DNA of 64,000 bases, taken from a virus. Taxonomy: Duplodnaviria; Caudoviricetes. The position numbers and the translations under genes are program-made. The notes beneath the pieces are model-generated. The model was given only the letters and a program-made list of their open reading frames with translations. It did not search any database and was not told the origin of the DNA. Shown here piece by piece: positions 42,264 through 51,877 of this stretch (the stretch's first letter is position 1; every line of letters starts with the position of its first letter). The DNA is taken from the IMG/VR virus record IMGVR_UViG_3300030055_000003, one strand, 5' to 3'.

Positions 42264-42298
42264 AATTAATCATTCTCCTTCTTATTTATTAATTTATT

Positions 42299-44350
42299 TT
42301 AAAATTTAATTTTTAGTATACGTTCTGTTTGTCCTATTGCTTTAACTACCAATTCATTTCTTTTAGTAGAACTAAATCCTAATCCTGATAGTTGGTCATC
42401 AACTTCTTTTACTGCCATCTTACTACCCAATGCTTCAAATACTCTTTTTTGTTTCATTAAGTCTTCTTTTAAGAACTCGTTATAGAATCCATTTGGCTTC
42501 TCTGAATTAACACAATCTTTCAACATAAAGAAGTAATGTCTATGACCAATTCCTTGTTGTTCATCCCAGTAATTAGGTGAATACATAACAACTCCTGTTG
42601 GTATAAATTGATTTGTTTTTAAATTCCATACTTCTTTTGAAGAAACACTTGATGGTAATAACTCTTTAATAGTAAAACCTGTTTCTCTATTAAAATTGAC
42701 TTCTGCAACCATTACATTTTCTTTATTTTTTAATTCTCTATTATAATCAAAAGAGTATATTTGTCCATCAAATTCTATTTCTGCTTTAAATCCTGTTCTT
42801 CCTCCTCTATTAGCATAGTTATGAACAAAGAATTTATATGTCCCTTCTTTCATCTTATTTTTATCAGTCCATGTTATATTTTCAACTGCTGGAATTCCAT
42901 GTTTTGGACTTTGAATATCTATATCTAATTCTCCAGTAGTATTCCTATTACAACTATTACTAAAATAAATTTCATTTCCATTTGGTTCATAACAATGAGC
43001 ATCTAAATCATTTCCATCATATTCTTCATCATTCCATTGAATAGAAAATCTTAATATACCATCTACATTACCACCTGCTGATTTAACTCTATCTTTCATA
43101 GAACTGTCTGTTATATTACCTGAATAAGCCCAACTAAAAGGATTGTTCCATTTAAACATTGTCTTAGCATCTTTATTCTCTGGTGCTATCAATGAAACCA
43201 TATTGCTAGAATGTTTATTCTCAAGATAAACTTCAAGTTCCTTTGTTGTAGGTAATACATTCTTTACAAAATCTTCTATTGCAATTTCTTCAACCTTTGA
43301 GAATTTCTTAGGATTAATAGGAATTGAACTTGACATTTCATCAAATATATTTGTATTTTGTATTCTCTTAGCTGAGTCCTTGTTTGAGAATAATATATTA
43401 TTTACAGAAATATCATCTAAAGTTCCATGTCTTCTTGGTAAAGAATCTAAGTAGCCTAAATCTTCTATTGTTTTCTTAGCATCTTCTAACATTTTTTTAG
43501 TAAAAATAGCCTTTGGACGTTTGTAGTTTTCAGGAGCAATTATCGCTTCATATTTTCTTACTGCCGTATCTAAATCCATTCCTTCACTTATATTTATAAG
43601 TAATGTTCCTATTGAATGGTTTTTAATTCTTCCAATTGAACCACCAACTTTTACTGATTGTTCCCAAGCATAAGTTTCTTTCTCTTCTTGTGTTTGTAAT
43701 TCATCATAAGCTTTCTTGTATTTAAGGAATTCATTTAAAACGCCTTTCCATTCTTCACCTTTGTATAATGTATTAGATGATATTAATTCTAATACTGTTA
43801 AAAGTGATTCTTCTGAAATTTCATCTAATGACCTTTTAAATACATTTCTTGTATCTCTATAAGTTCCTTTTAAATCACCTTCTGATCTACTACTTCTATC
43901 AACAAATTTATCTGGTAATTCTAAGTAGAAATGTTCATATTTATTTATTGAACCGTCTTCTAATAATTCTCTATTACTATCAGTACCAATATTCTTAAAT
44001 TTGCTAATATAAATATCTGTAATGGCTTTTGATTTAACATATTCAGATAATGCATTTGCCACTGGTTGGAAGGTTGTACTATTTGCATCAAAATCCCATA
44101 TTGTAGTTAGTTCATTATTTTTAATAATAACTGCATTTCCAATACTCTTAATGAATTGTCTACAACAACTACAATCATATTCTCTTCTTTGTCTGTAAAG
44201 TTCATTTGTACCTTCTGGAAAACTGTCTAAGTAAATATTCCATAATTCATCTTTATCTACGTTCACCTCAAATAAGCAATCTGCATCCTTTGTGATTTGT
44301 TTAAAGTTTTCTTGTAACACCTTTTTAAAATTTTTAAATTCCATTTTCAT
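42299..44350 (-). CDS. large conserved phage protein with a YfaP/DUF2135-like C-terminal region
   Basis: [41 protein letters not shown]; function unknown. Confidence 0.65.
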   Translation of the reverse strand: MKMEFKNFKKVLQENFKQITKDADCLFEVNVDKDELWNIYLDSFPEGTNELYRQRREYDCSCCRQFIKSIGNAVIIKNNELTTIWDFDANSTTFQPVANALSEYVKSKAITDIYISKFKNIGTDSNRELLEDGSINKYEHFYLELPDKFVDRSSRSEGDLKGTYRDTRNVFKRSLDEISEESLLTVLELISSNTLYKGEEWKGVLNEFLKYKKAYDELQTQEEKETYAWEQSVKVGGSIGRIKNHSIGTLLINISEGMDLDTAVRKYEAIIAPENYKRPKAIFTKKMLEDAKKTIEDLGYLDSLPRRHGTLDDISVNNILFSNKDSAKRIQNTNIFDEMSSSIPINPKKFSKVEEIAIEDFVKNVLPTTKELEVYLENKHSSNMVSLIAPENKDAKTMFKWNNPFSWAYSGNITDSSMKDRVKSAGGNVDGILRFSIQWNDEEYDGNDLDAHCYEPNGNEIYFSNSCNRNTTGELDIDIQSPKHGIPAVENITWTDKNKMKEGTYKFFVHNYANRGGRTGFKAEIEFDGQIYSFDYNRELKNKENVMVAEVNFNRETGFTIKELLPSSVSSKEVWNLKTNQFIPTGVVMYSPNYWDEQQGIGHRHYFFMLKDCVNSEKPNGFYNEFLKEDLMKQKRVFEALGSKMAVKEVDDQLSGLGFSSTKRNELVVKAIGQTERILKIKF

Positions 44351-44409
44351 TCACTCCTTTATTTTATATGTATATTTTATTTTCCCTTTAATTTATTGAG
44401 CATTTATTT

Positions 44410-44511
44410 AATATGCTTTGCTGAGTAGGTTAACTGTTACATTAACACTACTTTTGAAAGGAGTTTTCTATGAAACTTTTGAGTAGTTTATTCTACTCAG
44501 CAAAACATATT
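44410..44511 (-). ncRNA. structured non-coding element, copy 2 (unknown family)
   Basis: 19-bp terminal inverted repeat (44410-44428 / 44493-44511) with the same AATATGYTTT ends and GAGTAG/CTACTC hairpin as copy 1. Confidence 0.55.
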
Positions 44512-44755
44512 CTATTAATTTATTCTTACCACTCTTTAACTATATCACATACAATTTCATTTGTAAAGTGTTTATTTCTATTAATTTGTTAAGTCTTGCT
44601 AAAACATACTTTTTATTGGCTTTTTCGACTTCTACATCCTAGTGTTTAAGCCATTCTTAAAATCTGTTAATTTGATAATTCTTAGTATTTTTATTAATTT
44701 ATTAACAATTATATTTTATGTAAGTGGTAAGTTTGTTATTCCTTACCACTTCTTC

Positions 44756-44785
44756 ATCTTATCATATTTACTAATTACTTGTCAA
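44756..44785 (-). promoter_or_regulatory. sigmaA-type promoter upstream of element 2
   Basis: TTGACA, 18 bp, TAAGAT; inverted repeat 44722-44751 starts 4 bp downstream. Confidence 0.6.
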
Positions 44786-44863
44786 TATAATTTTATTAAT
44801 TTATTGATAATTAAATGTTATACAGGCTACATATATTAAACATAGCCCCCATTTTATAATATA

Positions 44864-45602
44864 TTATTTATCTTCAACTTTTCTTAATTCTTTATCTAAT
44901 TGTAATTTAACTAAGTTAATTAACCATAATGTATTCCTATTATCTCCTCTATTTATATATCTTTGGTCTACTTCATCATTGATAATAATATTATAATATT
45001 TAATAAACTCTTCATGCAACCATAATTTTAATTCAAATTTACTACTGTGGTCATAACAAGAACTTTCAGTTATTGCACAATACAATTTATCAAGATAATT
45101 CGTATTGCTACTGTGTCTACAAAAACTATCTAATAAATCTAATCTCTTTTCATCGTTCATATTCATACTATATTGTTTCCTTTACTTGAATATTTGTTTT
45201 CATGATTTTTCTAAGTTCATCTATAAATTGCTTAATGCTACAATTCCTATAGAATGTATCTATTTCTCTATTAATCGTATTAATATTAAATTTATATTCA
45301 ATATTTCTTTTATTTAAACAATATAAAAGATTAAACATTGTTTGATATAGTGTTTCATGTGCGTTTTTAATATTTTCTATTGGCTCTTCGGTAAATGAAT
45401 CCCAATCAGTTGTAAATTGAGCATCTACAGATATCTCATAATTACCATTAAAATTGATTATATAACCTATAGAAACTATACTATTACATATTCCAATAAC
45501 TAGCTGACCAGTTGGACTATCTGATATAACTATGACATTATCTTCACCATCAAACCATTCTTTATAAATTTCATTATAACTTTTCATTAAACAACACTCC
45601 AA
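44864..45602 (-). CDS. two hypothetical proteins
   Basis: ORF track; coupled. Confidence 0.55.
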
Positions 45603-46411
45603 TCTTCTAATATCTCTGCATAATCATTTTTACCATCTTTAAACAAAGTTATTCTATCGCTAAATTCATTATTGTGTTGCCAGTTAACTTTTATTATATG
45701 TTTATATTCTGAATCATACTTATCTGTTATGATACTATTGATTCGATTAATAATACTCCAACCAAAATGTTCACAACCATCTGTATAAAAATAATAGCCT
45801 TTCTTTATATCACCAGTTCTTTTATTAAATCTAATTAACATTAGTTTATTTGTATTGTAGTCTGGATTTCTTAGGATATCTTGAATTTTATCTTTGTTTT
45901 CTTTAAATAATTCAACATCTTTATCTTTAACTCTATAAATATATTCTTGATATACTATATTTATATCTTCATTATTTACTTTTATATTATTTAAAGCATC
46001 TAATAATTGCCTACACTTATCTTCATTTTGGTTATCTAAGCAATATAGTATTTTATCAATATACTCCATTTGTTTGTTATCTAAGGGATTTATTCTATCA
46101 GCTATAGTTTTTCTTTTATTTAACAAACTAGATGCACTTACCATATGATCTTTATCACTTCTACCAAAATGATTAAAAACGAATCTTTCTTTTGCATCCC
46201 AAATTTGTTCATATTCAGCATGTTTCATTCCATCTGTTCCAATAAAGAATTTTTCCTCTAATCCAAAAAATTCACATAACTTTTTTAAATTATCTTTAGT
46301 TGGATTACTAACTTCTGAATCATATGATGACAACGTTGATGATGGTATTTTAGTAAAATACGATAAATCTTTAATTGATATATCAAACACATTTCTAACT
46401 GTTCTTAACAC
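45587..46411 (-). CDS. XRE/Cro-C1 helix-turn-helix regulator with an uncharacterised C-terminal domain
   Basis: LRTVRNVFDISIKDLSYFTKIPSSTLSSYDSEVSNPTKDNLKKLCEFFG is an HTH_3 pattern. Confidence 0.8.
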   Translation of the reverse strand: MLRTVRNVFDISIKDLSYFTKIPSSTLSSYDSEVSNPTKDNLKKLCEFFGLEEKFFIGTDGMKHAEYEQIWDAKERFVFNHFGRSDKDHMVSASSLLNKRKTIADRINPLDNKQMEYIDKILYCLDNQNEDKCRQLLDALNNIKVNNEDINIVYQEYIYRVKDKDVELFKENKDKIQDILRNPDYNTNKLMLIRFNKRTGDIKKGYYFYTDGCEHFGWSIINRINSIITDKYDSEYKHIIKVNWQHNNEFSDRITLFKDGKNDYAEILEDWSVV

Positions 46412-46423
46412 ACTATTACCTCC

Positions 46424-47629
46424 TTAACAAAACTTTGCAGTAGATATATTGTCATTAAGTGCTTCTAGCCTATTTTTTAATTCTCGTCTACCTATTTCAT
46501 TCAATGATAACTCAAGTTTTGCAATAGGCTTTTCTGATTCATATATTTGTTCTTCATCTAAATCATCAATATATGAAGCAAAATCCTCAGATATAATTTC
46601 AAACATATCTTGCCCAGTTATTTCAATTTTATCTCCATCATAATTTTCTACTTCAATACTATAACTATGTTCCGATAACTCTTGTTCTATCCACTCTATA
46701 AAACTATATTCAGATACTCTATTATAGTTTTCACCTAGTATATTTTTTACTTCTTCTAAATTCTCATCTAGTGCTAAAAATTGAAAATTATCTGTATCTG
46801 CCTTTTTAATTAAATTTCTTTCTAAGCACTCATTTAATTCTGGTGGAATCCCATTTACTTCAAAAGTCCAGTCTGATAAATCTAAATACTTAAACATTTT
46901 ATTACCTCCTTAATGATTATTATTTTACCATATATTTACATACAAATACTATACTAAATAACTATTATTTTAAATTCTCTGCCACACTTAGGACAGTATT
47001 CTTCACTATCTGTTTCAATTGGCTCTCCTGTAAAATCTTCAACTTCCGTGTGACAATATGGACATTCATACTGTGTATCCCCTTCTTCTATATATACTTC
47101 TCTCATACAAATTCCCTTTCCTTTCAAACTAATTTTATATTACTATTATACCATTAATTTGAAATTATATACACATTATTTAAATATATTTATATTAATT
47201 TATTTATATTTAATAATAACATTCACTACAATATAATATATAACCATTATCATCTTTACTAGGTAATTCATCATATCTTAAATCAAATTCTTCCATAAAT
47301 TCTTTTTTGCAACTGGGACAATGACATTTTATATATGCATTGTTTACATCAAAAGTAAGGTATCCAATATCTTTAGATAATATACTATACATCTTACAAT
47401 ATTTCATAAATTCATTAATATCATCAAATCCAATAAACTTACTATCATATAGCCCTTTATTAGTAATAAATAAGAATGGATTTTTAATATCTTGTATAGT
47501 TGGTTTTAATATTACTTTCACATATTCTTTATCTTTTAAATAATAATCTGCATCAGAACAGGCTATATATTGTTTTAAATTAGGTTCTGTTCTTAGTATT
47601 ATATTTTTAGTTTTCTTTATTAATTTCAT
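46424..47629 (-). CDS. hypothetical proteins (46424-46897; 50-aa zinc ribbon 46954-47106; 47210-47629)
   Basis: ORF track plus hand-translated MREVYIEEGDTQYECPYCH..CPKCGREF. Confidence 0.55.
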
Positions 47630-47690
47630 TACTTCACTTCCTTTATATATTTTTAGACTTTATTGTTTTGTTATTTTATTTATATATGTA

Positions 47691-49157
47691 TTAACAAGCC
47701 TGTACTAATTCTTGATTATGTAATCCGTTTAATTTGTTTTTAATATCATATTTTATGTATTCTTCAGGGGTTAAATCTTTTATGTATTTAAATGTATATC
47801 CTTTATATGTTTTACATTTTCCTTTACAATTTCTTGAAATCATACTACTATTGAATTTTACCCCAAATAATGCTTCACCTTTATCAACTAAATCACTAGC
47901 AGATTTAAATACCATTCCATTTGTTAAACATATTGTTTCCTTACTATTTCCATCTCCTTTGTATGTACATAATCCTCTTTCTGTTCCTCTTGTTAAATAA
48001 CTTCTAATGGTTCTTGGAGACATTTTTATATTTTTTGCTATATCATTTACATTATGTATTCCTGATTCCCACATTGTCCAAGCCATCTTAACAAAATTTA
48101 ATAAAGCAAATTCTTCAATTTTGTTCCAATCTATATTATTTAAATCAAACAATTTATTTAATTTATTATTATTAACTATATTCTGTCTTATGTAGTTAAA
48201 TCTGTTTTCTATATTAAGATAATCACAATCAATTCTTATAACTTCAATTCCTTGTTTTTCAGCTAATTTATCCTTTTCATCATCTATAAATTGACTTTTT
48301 TCCTTGGTTTGTCCACTCATAGAATTATCATGATTGTGAAATCCACCGTCCATCTCTAATATATATTTCTTATTGTTTAATTCGAAATAAAAATCATATG
48401 ACTTAGGTTTAATCCATTCTGGAGAGTATTCTGATACAAAATCTATATTCAATTGTTCCAATAAATTGAAGGCAAACTTATTTGGATATTTCACACTATT
48501 CCCACATGAGCATCCTATAGAGTGATATTTATAAATGTTAGCTATAATTACTTTAGTACTTTTAACTCTACCACAAACAGGACATATTGGATAAATCTTT
48601 TTACTGCTTGATTTAGTATATTTCTTAGCCTCATCATATCCACCTTGAAAGTAAGGTATCATCCAAGGTGCAGTTGTAGGTATGTCTTTTATACCTTCTA
48701 CTACTATTTGATTTTCACAACATGCACAATTTTGTCCTTTTAATAAATTACTTTCTAATATCCATCCTTCATATCCATCTTTATTACAATGATATTTGTA
48801 ATATTTTTTATTTCCATATGTATTACATCTTTTTCTATATTCTCTATCTATAATTATTAAATCCCTTCTTTCACTTTTAAATGTTGTATCTATATTTACT
48901 TTAAAATCTGATGTGTATATACCTAGCAATTTTCCCAAGTGACATTTTATAAATGCAGAAGTTGTTATTTTAAAAGGTGGATTATTCAAATATTTAATAA
49001 ATATATATGGCATTTTGTACGATATAATTTTAACTTCAAAATTTATATTATCGTAAACTCCTTTTACATTATAATCTATACTCTTTTTCCAATTTATGTA
49101 ACCTTTATTATTTTCTTTTTCATACCCAGGTAAATCGTCTAAAAACATTTTTCTCAT
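47691..49157 (-). CDS. free-standing homing-type endonuclease (zinc ribbons, Vsr/DUF559-like nuclease, NUMOD1-like tail)
   Basis: CACC, ICPVCG, CSCG; YDFY..ILEMDGGFH; C-terminal ETICLTNGMVFKSA..ISRNCKGK..KGYTFKY. Confidence 0.78.
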   Translation of the reverse strand: MRKMFLDDLPGYEKENNKGYINWKKSIDYNVKGVYDNINFEVKIISYKMPYIFIKYLNNPPFKITTSAFIKCHLGKLLGIYTSDFKVNIDTTFKSERRDLIIIDREYRKRCNTYGNKKYYKYHCNKDGYEGWILESNLLKGQNCACCENQIVVEGIKDIPTTAPWMIPYFQGGYDEAKKYTKSSSKKIYPICPVCGRVKSTKVIIANIYKYHSIGCSCGNSVKYPNKFAFNLLEQLNIDFVSEYSPEWIKPKSYDFYFELNNKKYILEMDGGFHNHDNSMSGQTKEKSQFIDDEKDKLAEKQGIEVIRIDCDYLNIENRFNYIRQNIVNNNKLNKLFDLNNIDWNKIEEFALLNFVKMAWTMWESGIHNVNDIAKNIKMSPRTIRSYLTRGTERGLCTYKGDGNSKETICLTNGMVFKSASDLVDKGEALFGVKFNSSMISRNCKGKCKTYKGYTFKYIKDLTPEEYIKYDIKNKLNGLHNQELVQAC

Positions 49158-49223
49158 TTACATTCACTCTCTTTCGTTCTATTAATTTGTTGCTAATCTA
49201 TATTAATTTTAATTATTTCCAAA

Positions 49224-49246
49224 TTTAAGAGAAGCCGAAACTCCCC
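49224..49246 (-). terminator. possible terminator
   Basis: GGGGAG-TTTCGG-CTTCTC followed by TTAAATTT just after the 49256 stop. Confidence 0.5.
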
Positions 49247-49255
49247 ATGGTCATA

Positions 49256-49681
49256 TTAAGCATTCATATTAAAGAACGCATACATTAAACACTCATATTC
49301 ATAGTTCTCACTATTAATTTTATTGTCTCTTATATAATCTACTACCACTTCATTACCTTCTTTAAAGAATCTGTCATATATTTCTCTGCCTTGTCCTACT
49401 AACCAACTTGCAAAATCTAAATATACCGCATCTTTTGACTCTTGAATAAATCCACCATTTACTTTAAATAGTTCTTTAAATTCTTTACTACCAATGTACT
49501 CATTAACTATACAATTAAATTCTTGTAATAACATTTCAATATCATCAATTGAATAATTTTTCTTTAAGATAGTATGTAGATTATCAAATTGCTTTTGTGA
49601 ATTAAAATTAATACCTTTCTTTGATTCCTCTAATACCTTCCATAATTCTTTTCTAAAACATTTATCTAATATCATAATCAT
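49256..49681 (-). CDS. DUF4240-like protein
   Basis: LWKVLE..YLDFASWLVGQGREIYD..YECLMY pattern. Confidence 0.6.
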   Translation of the reverse strand: MIMILDKCFRKELWKVLEESKKGINFNSQKQFDNLHTILKKNYSIDDIEMLLQEFNCIVNEYIGSKEFKELFKVNGGFIQESKDAVYLDFASWLVGQGREIYDRFFKEGNEVVVDYIRDNKINSENYEYECLMYAFFNMNA

Positions 49682-49708
49682 TCTCCTTTTTGTTATATTA
49701 GTTTATTT

Positions 49709-51052
49709 TTACAATTCAAACATATCCATTCCCATAATAAATCTTTGTATTTTTTCAGTTTCTATACTCATAGGTGTCAAGATATTGTTAATTTCATCTT
49801 GTGTGAAATCACCATCACATAAAACAACTCTACCTGTACAACCTAAATTACGTCTTGTAAATTTATCATCAAATTTCCTTATTTTTATTTCAGCTCCACT
49901 ATAAGTTAATGTAGCATTTGCATAACTAAAATTACTAGCATCTATTGTTGATTTATCAAATTGACATCTACATGAAATATCCTCAAATATTTCTTTTACA
50001 TTATCTTTTTTGGTTACTATTAAGATGACATTATTATAATTCAATTTTAAATCGTATTCTAATGCCTTTTTTACTACAAAATCCTTTAATTTATTTTCTA
50101 CAAATGATTTTAAATCCACTTCTCCTTTATTAATTGTCATTATTTTTTCTAATTCATTAAAGCAATTAAATTTACGTTCTATTTTCATAGTATTAGTTTC
50201 TTTAATTACTATTAGACTAAAACTTCTATTGACTTCTCTTTGAGTAGTTACTTTAAATTCTTCAGAATCAAATAAATCTTTAATATTTTGTAAATTTTCT
50301 TTTATTACATCATTATATTCTTTTACCTTGTTATTTCTATCTTTTTGTTCTTTTATTATTGCACTTTTAAAATCAATAGCATTACTAAAATCAGCACTTT
50401 CTTCATATAAATTTAATTTCCTTCTTAATCCTCTAACTGGTTTTTCTTCTTTAAACATATCTTTATATTCATTACAAATATCAAACCATTTGTTAAATTC
50501 TACATCTCCAAGTCTTTCTTTTGTATCTTTTATTTGTTCTTTTGTCAATATTCCACACTCTTCTAATTTTTTCAAACCTATTACATGATAACTAATATCT
50601 TTTCTACAATTGAACAAATTCATTATAGGATATTTGATGGTAAATACAGACACATATTTCTTAGCCTTAATATCTAATTGAGGTAATCCATCATCAAACA
50701 AAACCAAGTCAATAATTTCATCTTCATCAAATCTTTCATCCTTATCATATGCACTTATCGTTTCTCCTGTATTAAATTCAATAAATAACTTCTTTCTGGA
50801 GAAATTATAATACTTAATTGATTCTCTTATATCATCGTCTAAAGCAAATATTTCTTCAAAATGATCTTTTAAGATTCTTAATTGTCCCATATTACTATTT
50901 ATGTATAAGACTGTTTTTGGTTTATCATGTAATACTTTATTAGCTAATAGGAAAGTTTTACTACCTCTTCGGCTTATATTAGCCATTATTATTTTTGAGT
51001 CATCTGCTACAATGTCAGTTTGCCATTCATTTAATATCATTTTCTTTTCCAT
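49709..51052 (-). CDS. degenerate terminase-large-subunit ATPase-like protein (multiple partial repeats, no nuclease domain)
   Basis: Q motif LNEWQ, Walker-A-like SRRGSKTFL, IEFNTGETI, Walker-B-like LVLFDDG; later RGLRRKLNLYEE and GCTGRVVLCDGDF..ILTPM. Confidence 0.6.
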   Translation of the reverse strand: MEKKMILNEWQTDIVADDSKIIMANISRRGSKTFLLANKVLHDKPKTVLYINSNMGQLRILKDHFEEIFALDDDIRESIKYYNFSRKKLFIEFNTGETISAYDKDERFDEDEIIDLVLFDDGLPQLDIKAKKYVSVFTIKYPIMNLFNCRKDISYHVIGLKKLEECGILTKEQIKDTKERLGDVEFNKWFDICNEYKDMFKEEKPVRGLRRKLNLYEESADFSNAIDFKSAIIKEQKDRNNKVKEYNDVIKENLQNIKDLFDSEEFKVTTQREVNRSFSLIVIKETNTMKIERKFNCFNELEKIMTINKGEVDLKSFVENKLKDFVVKKALEYDLKLNYNNVILIVTKKDNVKEIFEDISCRCQFDKSTIDASNFSYANATLTYSGAEIKIRKFDDKFTRRNLGCTGRVVLCDGDFTQDEINNILTPMSIETEKIQRFIMGMDMFEL

Positions 51053-51072
51053 TTTATCTCTCCTTTAATTTT

Positions 51073-51849
51073 TTAATCATAGTAATTTTCATATGATATA
51101 TCTTTATAATATTTGCTAATAGTGTCTCTAGATGTCTTCATATCTCCTACACATATTATGCTTCTTATTCCATCAATATCTGCTACTTCTCCGAGAATAT
51201 AATCTTGAGTAATTTCAATATCGTTATCTTCCTCATAATGCTCAATTGACATATACTCACTTAAATCTAGGTTTAATGCTTTTCCAAAACAATCTATATG
51301 TTCTCGTTCCTCATACAATTTATTATTCATTATAAGAAAAGCAGTTATTCTTTGTTCTTCCCAATCATAATCTTTTGGCTGATTCATAAATATAACCTTC
51401 TTTACAACTTATTTATCATTAATTTATTTTACATACTAATAAAAAGACACTAAAAATTAATCTAATTCCCTTATAATTAATATATAATTTTACATTCCCT
51501 TTAGAGTTATGATTTGATTATCTAATATCTTATCACCAGTAGTTTTATCTACTACAGTTAAATAGAATGTAGTCAAAGTATTAATATTAAGATTTTTAAT
51601 AGTAAAACTAGAATCTGTTTTCTTGACTATTGATATATTATTTTTACTCAACAGGGTTTGTCCAACTGAATCTAATTTATATTCAATAACTAAATCATTT
51701 TGAACAATACCGTTAACATATCTAAACGCTGAAATTTGACTACCTTCTTTTACTCTATAAACATATCCATTACTTGTTTGAATTTTGTCCAATATACTGC
51801 TAAAAGCGTCAACTACATTATGATTGACTTTAGCTAATTTTGTATTCAT
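51073..51849 (-). CDS. two hypothetical proteins (51490-51849 is beta-rich, Ig-like)
   Basis: ORF track; beta-strand pattern. Confidence 0.5.
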
Positions 51850-51877
51850 ATCTTATTACTCCTTCATTATTTATTTC

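Noticed and set aside
41599-44511. Retron msr-msd, c-di-GMP riboswitch or tRNA identity for the two structured elements
   Set aside because: No reverse transcriptase in the window, and I could not find riboswitch or cloverleaf consensus motifs; left as unknown.
49709-51052. Functional terminase large subunit
   Set aside because: Walker A (GSKT) and Walker B (DDG) are degenerate, there is no nuclease domain in the ORF, and no portal or small-subunit context.
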